A stretch of 32,000 nt of DNA from Candidatus Dojkabacteria bacterium (GTDB lineage Bacteria; Patescibacteriota; Dojkabacteria; JAHIVN01): positions 1 to 32,000 of the forward strand of contig JAFGDO010000023.1 of assembly GCA_016932045.1 (NCBI GenBank), read 5' to 3'. The notes below the pieces were generated by a model, which saw only the letters and a program-made list of their open reading frames with translations, ran no database searches and was not told the DNA's origin. Both the position numbers and the translations under genes were made by a program. Within the stretch, counting starts at the first letter, position 1, and each line of letters begins with the position of its first letter. Positions 1-8,951 of the stretch are shown here, one piece after another.

Positions 1-58
1 AATGGTAGCACAACGGTCTCCAAAACCGTTAGTAGAGGTTCGAATCCTCTCGCTCCTG
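1..58 (+). tRNA. tRNA-Trp (anticodon CCA), 5' part cut off by the window edge
   Basis: Anticodon stem ACGGT/ACCGT (13-17/25-29) encloses loop CTCCAAA. T-arm is AGAGG-TTCGAAT-CCTCT (34-50). Acceptor 3' strand CGCTCCT plus discriminator G ends at 58. CCA is not encoded. Confidence 0.85.
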
Positions 59-77
59 CAAAGTTAAGTTCTTCAGA

Positions 78-202
78 ACAAAACCGTTGGACCTAGTTCA
101 AGTCCAGGCAGGCCTGTTAATTTGCAGTTCTACATGGATTTTAATACTGAGCTTGCCGAAATACAAAACTGCTATTCTCAGTTCAAGTCTGAGCGAGCCT
201 GT
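78..202 (+). repeat. Two 40-nt direct repeat units (78-117 and 163-202) resembling the 3' half of the adjacent tRNA-Trp
   Basis: Hand alignment gives 28/40 identical positions between the units. Both start with ACAAAAC(C/T)G, as the tRNA does from its anticodon loop (CCAAAACCGTT at 20-30). Both contain a GTTCAAGTC T-loop-like core and end in AGCCTGT or GGCCTGT. Neither has a matching 5' acceptor strand, so they are not functional tRNAs. Confidence 0.6.
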
Positions 203-262
203 ATGGTTCAAAGCTGGAGCTGTTGAATCAATAAGTGTAATTTGTATTTTGTAGTTAGAAAG

Positions 263-967
263 ATGAGTAAAACTAAAAATAAGAAAGTCGGAATAATTGG
301 CGGTGTCGGGCCGCAGGCTACGTCTGTGCTTTACTCTGAAATCGTGAGGTTTGCTCAGATAAAGTACAAGGCTCGGGATAACGATGACTATCCATATGTT
401 TTAATTGAGTCTGTACCAATTCCGGATTTCATCTCGGATAAAAGTCATATGAATGAAGCATTTAAAATGTTAGAAGTGACGGTAGAGAACTTAGCAAAAG
501 TTGGATGTACAAGAATTTGTATAGCAAGTAATACTGTGCATTTGCTTTTACCTAGGTTGCGAGAAACAACAAAGGTTAAATTTATATCAATGATAGAACT
601 AGTAGCACAAAAATGTAAAGAATTAGGATTTAAAAGAGTAGGGATTGTTGCAAGTAGTATGACTATTGGGACTGGTTTATATAGAAAAGTGTTAGGCAGA
701 TACGATATAGATGTTATTAGGCCAAATTGTAAGCAAAGGAAGGTTATAGATAAAATCATAAGATACGTTCTTGCTGGTGAGGATAATGGAAGAGAAAGGA
801 AGGAATATATTGGAATACTACACGATTTGATAGATAATGGTGCAGAAGGTATTATATTAGGTTGTACAGAATTACCATTAGCAATTAACTATGAAGCACT
901 TGGGAATAAGGTCATTAACTCGATGAAGGTGTTGGGTGAGGGAGTAGTTGACTATTATTATAGTTGA
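263..967 (+). CDS. Aspartate racemase (Asp/Glu/hydantoin racemase family)
   Basis: N-terminal KKVGIIGGVGPQAT and two catalytic-Cys contexts (ICIASNTVH and ILGCTELP) are typical of the family. The ATG at 263 is preferred over the TTG at 242 given in the ORF track. Confidence 0.8.
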   Translation: MSKTKNKKVGIIGGVGPQATSVLYSEIVRFAQIKYKARDNDDYPYVLIESVPIPDFISDKSHMNEAFKMLEVTVENLAKVGCTRICIASNTVHLLLPRLRETTKVKFISMIELVAQKCKELGFKRVGIVASSMTIGTGLYRKVLGRYDIDVIRPNCKQRKVIDKIIRYVLAGEDNGRERKEYIGILHDLIDNGAEGIILGCTELPLAINYEALGNKVINSMKVLGEGVVDYYYS

Positions 968-1028
968 TTTTACTTTGGTCAGGAACTTGGAATCAAAGAT
1001 ATCTATTTTATTTATTATTTTATCAAAT

Positions 1029-2555
1029 ATGAATACATTTGAAAGACTTCAAAAGTTACTAAAAGACAAAAATGTCCCTCATCAGATCCTTGATAGTAAT
1101 ACTGATAGTCTTGATCTAGATGAACAGATTCAAGCTCTCAATATGAAATATCGAGAGGGAATGGGAACGCTACTATTTACAACTGATGATGGAAGGTATA
1201 TTGCGCTTCTCAGAAGAGATGACCGAAGTGTAGATCTAAAAAAGTTCCGTCAGATTTTGAAGGTGGATACCCTTGAAATGTGTGATATATTTAGTCTTCA
1301 AAGACTAGGTTTTGAGAGTGGACTGCTTGCTCCTTTGCTTCTCGATGATCGAGTTGAGATCTTTATTGACAGAGCAACACTTGAGATGAAAAAGATGATT
1401 TGTGGTGCGGGAGATGCTAGACATGCACTAGTAATAAAGAAAGAGGATTTACTAAAGAATTTGCACAGTTACAAGGAAATAGATGTAACTTTTCCAAATC
1501 CTTTTAGGCAAGATGCGGATAATGTACAGATAAGAAGGGTTTTGTCGGGAATTACCCCAAGTGGAAACGCACTTCATATAGGTAACTACTTTGGAGCAGT
1601 TAAACCACAGATGGATTTACAAGAAAAGGTTGAAAAGTCATTCTACTTTGTTGCAGATATGCATGCTTTGACAACAATTCAGGATAAAGAGAGGCTTGAA
1701 GATAATATAGCGAATAATGTCCTCGATTTCATAGCTTTAGGGCTCGATCCTGAAAAGAGTGCTTACTTCCGACAATCTGATGTACCTGCTCATTGTCAGC
1801 TTATGGTTGTACTTGGTAATTATATCCCATTTGGTTTGATGAAACGGATGCATGCATTTAAGGATAAATTGGAGAAGGGGGCAACTGTTGATTCTATAAA
1901 TATGGGGCTATTTAATTATCCAATTCTTATGGCTGCAGATATTCTTCTATATAAACCAGATGGAGTACCCGTAGGAGAGGACCAGAGACAACATGTTGAG
2001 CTCACACGAGATGTGGCGCAGTACTTTAATAATGCTTATAATCAAGGATTTTTTCCATTACCTGAGGCTTTGATCCAAAGCAGTTATGCCGGAAAGGTGG
2101 TTGGAACTGATGGCGAGAGAAAGATGAGTAAAAGTCTTGGAAATGTTATAGGAATATTTGAAGATGAGGAGGTGATCAAGAAGCAGATAATGTCTTGTTA
2201 TACAGATCCGAAACGGATTAAAGCTACTGACCCTGGCACTGTCGAGGGAAATCCGGTGTTTGTATATCATGACCTTATAAATGAAGATAAAGAAGAGGTA
2301 AATGATCTGAAGAATCGGTATAGAAAAGGCAGAGTAGGTGATGTTGAAGTCAAAGAAAAGCTATTCGAAGCTCATAAAAAGAGGTTTGCAAAGGCAAGAG
2401 AAAAAAGGAAAGAAATAGAGAATAATATAGATTTAGCAAAAGATATACTCAGATCTGGAGCAAAAAGTGCGAGCGAGTTTGCTAACGTTACTCTTGAAGA
2501 GGTATATGACGTTATAGGGATGAAAAACAACTTGAGCGTATTGTTCGGGGAATAA
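1029..2555 (+). CDS. trpS: Tryptophanyl-tRNA synthetase with an N-terminal YbaK/tRNA_edit-like domain (about 170 aa)
   Basis: The class I core has SGITPSGNALHIGNYFGA (HIGH-type motif) and KMSKSLGN (KMSKS). The N-terminal part (LLFTTDDGRYIALLRRDDRSVDLKKFRQIL...GFESGLLAPLLL...IFIDRATL...ICGAGDARHALVIKKEDL) follows the YbaK/ProX deacylase pattern. The start is set at the ATG at 1029 (MNTFERLQ). Confidence 0.85.
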   Translation: MNTFERLQKLLKDKNVPHQILDSNTDSLDLDEQIQALNMKYREGMGTLLFTTDDGRYIALLRRDDRSVDLKKFRQILKVDTLEMCDIFSLQRLGFESGLLAPLLLDDRVEIFIDRATLEMKKMICGAGDARHALVIKKEDLLKNLHSYKEIDVTFPNPFRQDADNVQIRRVLSGITPSGNALHIGNYFGAVKPQMDLQEKVEKSFYFVADMHALTTIQDKERLEDNIANNVLDFIALGLDPEKSAYFRQSDVPAHCQLMVVLGNYIPFGLMKRMHAFKDKLEKGATVDSINMGLFNYPILMAADILLYKPDGVPVGEDQRQHVELTRDVAQYFNNAYNQGFFPLPEALIQSSYAGKVVGTDGERKMSKSLGNVIGIFEDEEVIKKQIMSCYTDPKRIKATDPGTVEGNPVFVYHDLINEDKEEVNDLKNRYRKGRVGDVEVKEKLFEAHKKRFAKAREKRKEIENNIDLAKDILRSGAKSASEFANVTLEEVYDVIGMKNNLSVLFGE

Positions 2556-2571
2556 GAAGCAAAAGTTATGT

Positions 2572-2591
2572 TTCTACTACTGATAGTAGAA
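2572..2591 (+). terminator. 8-bp hairpin just after trpS; possible terminator, but it lacks a U-tract
   Basis: TTCTACTA-CTGA-TAGTAGAA forms a perfect stem starting 17 nt after the trpS stop. It is followed by TCCACAAG, not a T-run. Confidence 0.3.
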
Positions 2592-2646
2592 TCCACAAGT
2601 TAGTCCCATTGCGGATAATGGAACCTACGTTGGTGATAAAATCCTC

Positions 2647-2676
2647 TTGACAAAATGGAAAAAATTGATTTAATCT
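2647..2676 (+). promoter_or_regulatory. Sigma70-like promoter candidate for the small acidic ORF
   Basis: TTGACA lies at 2647-2652. TTTAAT follows 16 nt later (2669-2674), or TAATCT with 18-nt spacing. Confidence 0.35.
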
Positions 2677-2712
2677 AGGATGTATAAAATAATTTTCACC
2701 AGATATATACGC

Positions 2713-2910
2713 ATGAATGACTATGATGATCTTGAAGATATTGTAGATGATGAAGATACTTCTGATCCTTTTGACCCAGAATTAAATGATGAGCTCGACG
2801 ATCTAAATGACTTTTCGGGTATTGAGATAGAAAACGATGATGAGGATAAAGAAGATGATAGTGAGGATGGGACTTTAAGAGACGAAGATGTCACTGAAGA
2901 TGATGAATAG
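2713..2910 (+). CDS. Small, extremely acidic protein (65 aa, mostly Asp/Glu), function unknown
   Basis: Open frame starting at the ATG at 2713 (MNDYDDLEDIVDDEDTSDPFDPELNDELDD...), with a candidate promoter upstream. Low sequence complexity makes coding status uncertain. Confidence 0.4.
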   Translation: MNDYDDLEDIVDDEDTSDPFDPELNDELDDLNDFSGIEIENDDEDKEDDSEDGTLRDEDVTEDDE

Positions 2911-3094
2911 TATTAGGATATTTTTATTTGCTGTATAAGCATTTCTAAAGCCGTTATATTCCAATATACCAAATCCTCAGTTTTTTGTTCTTTTAGCTGA
3001 TTATGCTGATTTATATATCATAATCTTATCTCACTTCTTTTGTGTTATTTCTAAAAACTTAGTAATATAAAACGTAAATATTACAGATGAATTT

Positions 3095-4216
3095 ATGAAA
3101 AGAATTATAAGCCTTGTATTTGCAGTAATTCTTTTTTTTACTGCTTTTCAGGTTGATAGCTATGCTGCTACCTCAGAGTCGGTTGTGAATGGTAAAGTCG
3201 TGGAAGCAGATCAGGTGACAGAAAAAGAGGGGTTACGTGTTCAGACTGTAAAGGTCGAAATATTAGAAGGTGAATACAAAGGAAGTGTGTCTTCGTTGGA
3301 TGTTCCGCTTGATACAATTTTTACAAGACCGATTAGTATTGGAGATAAGCTTAAGGTAGATATAACTTCTATCGGAGATGAGGTGTATTTCCAATTTTAT
3401 GATTTTGCAAGAGCCCGCACATATATTTGGCTTGCCTTGCTTTTTCTGATAGTAATTATTGTATTTTTGGGGTGGAAAGGTTTTAAGACTCTTATACCGT
3501 CAATTCTTCTTGTGTTGTTTCTACTACTTGGAGTAATCCCTGATATTTTTGATAAAGTGAGTATACTCTGGGGGGCCTTAATCGTGATTTCAGTTGTATC
3601 CGCACTAACCGCATGGATAAGGATTAGAGATGTTTTATTAACCGTGATAGTCGTTTTTTCTGTTGTTTTGGCTTTATTGATTGGCTTTATAATTTTTATG
3701 GGTTTTTCAAATGTTACTTATATTGTTCCATTCCTTGGTTCAGTCACAACTCTAGACGAGGATCTTTATTTGAAAGTTTTAGATCTTGTTTTGGTTAGTA
3801 TAATCTTTCTTCCTGCAGGTGGAGTGGTGAATGCTAGCACTCAAGTTGTAAAATATCTATTTGAGAAGTTTTCGAGTAGAACACAATTTTCTACAGGTGA
3901 TATCATAAAAGAAGGTATTAGGGTAAGTCAAAAAATATCTGCAGGGGAGCTGAATAATTTGATTGTGATGATGGTAGGGATAAGTCTGGCGGGTGTATTT
4001 CTGTTAAAAGAGCAGTTTCCTCATGTAAGATTTTGGGACAATGGTTGGGTCGCATTACAGGTCATTTATACGATTTCTGCAGGTATTACAATCCTTCTTA
4101 TTTCTCCAATATCAGTTTTCATAACAGCAGCCGTAATGGGATATCAAAGAAGTAGAAAGGAATTTGGGGGACAACGAAGATTAAGGGTAGGTGGTCGTAG
4201 AAGAGTTAAAAAGTAA
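3095..4216 (+). CDS. Multi-pass membrane protein, YibE/F-like
   Basis: Signal or anchor peptide, then an extracytoplasmic segment of about 100 aa (GKVVEADQV...VKVEILEGEYKGS), then about 7-8 hydrophobic helices. This architecture and the AGGVVNAS motif resemble the YibE/F family. The C-terminus is Arg-rich. Confidence 0.55.
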   Translation: MKRIISLVFAVILFFTAFQVDSYAATSESVVNGKVVEADQVTEKEGLRVQTVKVEILEGEYKGSVSSLDVPLDTIFTRPISIGDKLKVDITSIGDEVYFQFYDFARARTYIWLALLFLIVIIVFLGWKGFKTLIPSILLVLFLLLGVIPDIFDKVSILWGALIVISVVSALTAWIRIRDVLLTVIVVFSVVLALLIGFIIFMGFSNVTYIVPFLGSVTTLDEDLYLKVLDLVLVSIIFLPAGGVVNASTQVVKYLFEKFSSRTQFSTGDIIKEGIRVSQKISAGELNNLIVMMVGISLAGVFLLKEQFPHVRFWDNGWVALQVIYTISAGITILLISPISVFITAAVMGYQRSRKEFGGQRRLRVGGRRRVKK

Positions 4217-4360
4217 ACTTCTTCACATGAGGTGGATATATGGCTTCAAGGCTGTAAAAATGATACAATCAGGGGCCGATATGTTCAAGAATGGAAACAA
4301 GAAGACAGATACCTGGTACTTGATAAGTGTCCGTTTTTATTTAAAATCAGTTGAATAAAC

Positions 4361-5401
4361 ATGAGTGGAGTATTACAAACGTTTAACAATATTAGCTACA
4401 GCAGAGAGAAGCTTCCTGATGGCAGACTGAAATTAAATGTGGAGATTGCAAATGAGAGGTTTGAGGATGCGAAGCAGAAGGTTTATGAGAGATTAGCCCC
4501 GACTGTGGATGTTTCTGGATTCAGGCCGGGTAAAGCACCAAAGAATGTAATAATTGCTAAGCTTGGGCCTACTTTATTTGAACAGACATTAAATCAGCTT
4601 ATACCGGAGTGTACTGTTGAAGTCTTAAAAAGAGAAAAGCTTATGCCTCTTGATCAAATAGCATATCAGTTAGAAAAGGTTGCTGATGGCAGTGGGGTTA
4701 AATACGCAGCAGTTTTCAATATATTTCCGGAATTTGAACTACCTGATCTGACAAAGATAAAGGCAACAAAGGAAAAGGCAGAGGTGGCTGATAGCGAAGT
4801 AGACTCTGTTCTGAAACAGATGTATGAAGGGGGGAAAGATGTGGAAAAGGAAGACAAGAAGAAAGAGAAACAAATGAATGATAAGTGGGCTTCTTCTTTA
4901 AATCTTGATGTTAAAAATTTAAGTGAACTCAAAGCGAAAGTAAAAGAGGAGCTTAAGCGTCAAAAGGAAGTAATGGAGGAAAATAAGTATATAAGCAATA
5001 TACTAAAGCAGATAGTGGATCAAAGTAAGATTGAAATTCCCGAAATGCTTACTGATCAAGAGGTGACAAGGCAGGAGACTGCATATAGAAAACGTATTGA
5101 GAACCTGGGTATGAAGGTAGAGGATTTTCTCAGGAACCAGAAAACCTCGCTTGAAGAACTAAAGAAAGGCTGGAAAAAGGAAGCTGAGGAGAGACTTAAA
5201 ACCGAGATGATTTTTATAAAAATTTCCGAGAAGTATGATGTGAAGGTTGATGAAAAAGAGGTAGAAAAACACATTAGTTCCATAAAGGACGAGAAAATGC
5301 GTGCACAGTATCAGAATCCTGAAGCTAAGAGATACATTAGAAGTGTTTTAGTAAGACAAAAAGTTGTTGATAAATTATTAGGAATTGTTGAGGGAAAGTA
5401 A
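4361..5401 (+). CDS. tig: Trigger factor, short form lacking the FKBP/PPIase domain
   Basis: The ribosome-binding signature GFRPGKAPKNVI sits in the N-terminal domain. The C-terminal arm domain pattern follows (LSELKAKVKEELKRQ...IEIPEMLTDQEV). Length is 346 aa against about 430-440 aa for canonical trigger factor, with no PPIase segment between the two domains. Confidence 0.8.
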   Translation: MSGVLQTFNNISYSREKLPDGRLKLNVEIANERFEDAKQKVYERLAPTVDVSGFRPGKAPKNVIIAKLGPTLFEQTLNQLIPECTVEVLKREKLMPLDQIAYQLEKVADGSGVKYAAVFNIFPEFELPDLTKIKATKEKAEVADSEVDSVLKQMYEGGKDVEKEDKKKEKQMNDKWASSLNLDVKNLSELKAKVKEELKRQKEVMEENKYISNILKQIVDQSKIEIPEMLTDQEVTRQETAYRKRIENLGMKVEDFLRNQKTSLEELKKGWKKEAEERLKTEMIFIKISEKYDVKVDEKEVEKHISSIKDEKMRAQYQNPEAKRYIRSVLVRQKVVDKLLGIVEGK

Positions 5402-5568
5402 TTTCCGCTTCAGGAATTTTAATCTTTGATTTTACTCAGGACTAAAATAATTGGCTTTAAATCTGTATTAGAATTAAAATTCTTCAGATACAGTTAACCT
5501 AACTGTCTTATGTGATCATTTAGTCTATTAGCTTTACTTGACTGTGAATAAGTAGAATACTTCTTCTA

Positions 5569-6696
5569 ATGATTCTTCAAAATCTTAGACTCACAAACTT
5601 CCGCAATTTAAGTGGAGAATTTTCTCTTGAAAAGGGCGTGAATATTGTCGTTGGTGAAAATGGGGTCGGGAAAACAAATTTGCTTGAGAGTATAGGATTT
5701 TTATCATTCGGAAAGTCTTTCCGCACAAGTCTTGAGATTTATAGCATAAGTAGAGAAATGTTTAATATAGACAGTTTTGTTTTTTCAAGAGTATCAGGAG
5801 ATATAATTGACCCCTTGGGAAATCTTGTAAGCAGGGAAGTTATCTTAGAAAGATATGAAAATTCAAATGGAGATGGTTGCAAAAAAGTGTTAAAAATTGA
5901 TGGAAGTAAAACTAGTGTTTCGGATTTTCAAAATGGTTTTCACTCTATAATATTCTCTCCAAATACAATTGATCTTGTAACAAAAAGTCCTTCACTGAGA
6001 AGGAGAGATTTAGATGAATTCTTAAGTAGTTTTGATGAATCATATTTGAATGAGATATCGGAGTATAGAAAGGTTGTCAGGAATAAAAACAAAATTCTTG
6101 AAAAATTTGCAGAGGGATTCGGGGATAAAAAAGAATTAGATTTCTGGAATAAAAAACAAATAGATCTCGGATCTAATATCATATATAAAAGGTTAAATAT
6201 TATTAAGGAGATTAACCCAATTATTCAAAGATTGGCACCAGGACTTTTTAATCTCGATATCGAAGATTTGTGCATAGAGTATTTAAGTAAATTCACCGAG
6301 GAGCCGGAGCTTGAATTTATAAGAAATTCATTTGCGGATAAAGTGGAGCATAATTTAAAAAAAGAAGTTGCTGCCGCAATGACACTTTATGGTCCACAAA
6401 GAGAAGATTTTAAGTTTAAACTAAACGGACAGGATTTAAGTGAATTCGGATCCAGGGGGCAACAGAGGTTGTTTATCTTTTTATATAAGATTGCACAGCT
6501 TGAACTTCTTGAAGAAAAAGGCACGAATTCTCCGATATTACTTCTTGATGACTTGTATAGTGAATTAGATAAGAAAGTTCAGAAAGATGTCAGCAGCTTT
6601 TTGATAGGACTTGAAAATCAGGTCGTTGTCACAACTGTTTCCGAAAAGGAGATAAATGATAATTTAAGAGAAGAATCAAATAGAATTACGCTATAG
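5569..6696 (+). CDS. recF: DNA replication and repair protein RecF
   Basis: LRLTNFRNL...VGENGVGKTNLLESI (Walker A), a GSRGQQR signature-like motif, and LLLDDLYSELD (Walker B). Length is typical at 375 aa. Confidence 0.9.
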   Translation: MILQNLRLTNFRNLSGEFSLEKGVNIVVGENGVGKTNLLESIGFLSFGKSFRTSLEIYSISREMFNIDSFVFSRVSGDIIDPLGNLVSREVILERYENSNGDGCKKVLKIDGSKTSVSDFQNGFHSIIFSPNTIDLVTKSPSLRRRDLDEFLSSFDESYLNEISEYRKVVRNKNKILEKFAEGFGDKKELDFWNKKQIDLGSNIIYKRLNIIKEINPIIQRLAPGLFNLDIEDLCIEYLSKFTEEPELEFIRNSFADKVEHNLKKEVAAAMTLYGPQREDFKFKLNGQDLSEFGSRGQQRLFIFLYKIAQLELLEEKGTNSPILLLDDLYSELDKKVQKDVSSFLIGLENQVVVTTVSEKEINDNLREESNRITL

Positions 6697-7083
6697 ACTC
6701 TTTATTTTTCCTCTTGCCAGTTCTTTCAGGTCCTTTCCAAGTTTTATCTCTCTTAAGTATTCGTGAGCATTTAGCACGTCGTCTGAAGAAACAGGGGTTT
6801 TCCCGATGAATTTTTTTGCTTCTTTTGCAGATGATATGTCAATTTTTAAAGGCATCCTGCTTGAACCTTGAAGTGTTCCAAGCGGGCTTACTACGTTGAT
6901 AAGGTAGGATTCTTTACAAGAACCACAGGTAAGATGGAGAACGGCGGTATAATCATCCTTTTGTATAAGCGTAAGGTCCTTCTCGGTATATTTATGCCCG
7001 CAGTTACTGCAGTGGTTGGGGACTGCCTTTCTGATGCTTTTTATAAATTCATTGTTTTGTCTTTGGCTAGTGCTTTTCTTCAT
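6691..7083 (-). CDS. Hypothetical small protein with a CxxC...CxxC zinc ribbon
   Basis: 130-aa ORF containing CSNCGHKY...CGSCKESY. It converges on recF with a 6-nt overlap. Confidence 0.55.
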   Translation of the reverse strand: MKKSTSQRQNNEFIKSIRKAVPNHCSNCGHKYTEKDLTLIQKDDYTAVLHLTCGSCKESYLINVVSPLGTLQGSSRMPLKIDISSAKEAKKFIGKTPVSSDDVLNAHEYLREIKLGKDLKELARGKIKSL

Positions 7084-7183
7084 AACACAAATATTTTAGC
7101 ATGTTAGTCAAGATAAATTCAAATTGCCATTCCGTCTTATTTCTTATTAACATCTTAGTAAAAATAACATAAAATAAAATGCT

Positions 7184-8881
7184 ATGACACCAATAATTAC
7201 AGACGTGAAAAAAGAGGCTGAAACAGAGGACAACAGAGCAAAGGGGGTCGAATTATCTAAATCCTTCAAAAGTCTTATTCTTGAATACAAAGAGATAGTC
7301 GAGAATGAGCAAAAACCAGCCATTTCTCCAATTCATGTAGATGAATTGGCCTCGAGAATTGCTGTTTTCTATGAAAGGATTAGAAGAATCATTGATTGGA
7401 AAGAGGAGCATCTGATAAGACGATTCGCTATAGAAAGAGTACTAAAACGAAGTATGCTTTCTCAAATCTCAGGGATTAGTATAATTTCCGGGCTAAATGC
7501 AGCAAAGATGGCAGAGCCTCTTGTCATGGAGCTTATCAGAAACGGCTACTTTGGTAATGCTAAAATTTCGAAGCTAAAGATTCCATTCGTACAAAAAGCA
7601 CTAGAAAAGTATATATATATTCTCCGAAATGGTTCTCCTACAAGAAATCCCTTTTCCTTTAGAATAAAAAGGAAAGTTCAATTCTACAATTGGATTCTTT
7701 CGATTGCAGCTTGTGAGATTGAGGAAATTCTTGATCCGCCATTCTTTGACAGCTTGCTTATCAATTTCATGACTTACAGGATCAATGAAAGGATCAATAT
7801 ATTACCGGAGAATGCTATCGCTTCTGATAAAAAATTTTATCAAACATACATAGCTGTGCATAGAACTCTTTTTAATTTTGAGCCGGCGATAATAACCTAT
7901 CATTTAATTCGCGGTAAGTATCCGCAATGGACAAATGAGCCAGAAAATTTAATAGAGGAATTTACGAAGAATATTGACCAAATATGGCACGACCTTGAAA
8001 AAGAACTGGTTGATAAGTATTCGGGGCACTTTTATAAGATCTGTGAGCAATATGACACTGTGTATCTTGTAATAGGGGATATTCTAAAAGGGTTTAAAGA
8101 TAATCCAAATGACATTGAGGAGACACTTAAAGATAGAACTAAACTGAAATCCCGAATACAAGAAGTATATGACGAACGACTTTCAACACTCAGAAAAAGA
8201 GTTTACAGATCTGCAGTTTATTCTACACTTTCGATTTTTCTTGCCGGGGCAGTAAGCTTGTTTATCATCGAAGTGCCGATTGCGAAGTTAGTGTACGGTA
8301 GCTTTAGTCTTCTTGCTATTCTCGTTGATATTCTAATTCCGACAATCTTTATGTTCGTTCTCGTATCTTTGATAAGACTTCCTTCAAAGAAGAATTTTGA
8401 CCGTGTTGTTGAGGAAGTAAGCAAGATCGTTTATGAAACATCAGGTACAGATATGTATGAGGTAATGCTTGTGAAGCAGAAAGGACTTTTCAAGAATTGT
8501 ATTTTCGGCATAGTATTTCTGCTGATTGGCGGTTTGTCGCTGGGACTCATGTACTGGCTATTTAAGCTTGCAAATATTCCCTGGACATCGATCTATATCG
8601 ATACGATTAACATTGCAGTTATTGTTTTTGCGGCATATGTTATTCGCCAAAGAGCACGAGAGATGACAGTAGAAGACAGCTCAAATTTTCTTGAATTTAT
8701 AATTGATGTCTTATCTATACCTATTGCAAAGATTGGTCAATGGTTTGCAGTTAAATGGCAGGAATATAACTTTGTGAGTGTATTCTTTACTGCCCTTATA
8801 GACATACCTATTGTGAAAATTGTACAGATATTCGAAGAATGGAGAACTTTCCTAAAAGAGAGAAGGTCTGGGCTGCACTAA
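7184..8881 (+). CDS. Hypothetical membrane protein (soluble N-terminal two-thirds, C-terminal multi-TM region)
   Basis: 565-aa ORF with hydrophobic helices from about residue 345 onward (AVYSTLSIFLAGAVSLFII, LLAILVDILIPTIFMFVLVSLI, IFGIVFLLIGGLSLGLMYWLF, INIAVIVFAAYVI). No family recognised. Confidence 0.65.
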   Translation: MTPIITDVKKEAETEDNRAKGVELSKSFKSLILEYKEIVENEQKPAISPIHVDELASRIAVFYERIRRIIDWKEEHLIRRFAIERVLKRSMLSQISGISIISGLNAAKMAEPLVMELIRNGYFGNAKISKLKIPFVQKALEKYIYILRNGSPTRNPFSFRIKRKVQFYNWILSIAACEIEEILDPPFFDSLLINFMTYRINERINILPENAIASDKKFYQTYIAVHRTLFNFEPAIITYHLIRGKYPQWTNEPENLIEEFTKNIDQIWHDLEKELVDKYSGHFYKICEQYDTVYLVIGDILKGFKDNPNDIEETLKDRTKLKSRIQEVYDERLSTLRKRVYRSAVYSTLSIFLAGAVSLFIIEVPIAKLVYGSFSLLAILVDILIPTIFMFVLVSLIRLPSKKNFDRVVEEVSKIVYETSGTDMYEVMLVKQKGLFKNCIFGIVFLLIGGLSLGLMYWLFKLANIPWTSIYIDTINIAVIVFAAYVIRQRAREMTVEDSSNFLEFIIDVLSIPIAKIGQWFAVKWQEYNFVSVFFTALIDIPIVKIVQIFEEWRTFLKERRSGLH

Positions 8882-8951
8882 GTTCTCGAGTAAGGGTTAA
8901 TCGTCTCGATTTAAACAATATCTTAGGCGATTCAACCGATTCCAGATTCGC

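Noticed and set aside
119-202. Possibility that the T-arm-like element CTCAG-TTCAAGT-CTGAG (177-193) belongs to a functional tRNA
   Set aside because: No 5' acceptor strand complementary to CGAGCCT and no D-arm or anticodon arm can be placed in the upstream 80 nt. It is reported only as a tRNA-derived repeat.
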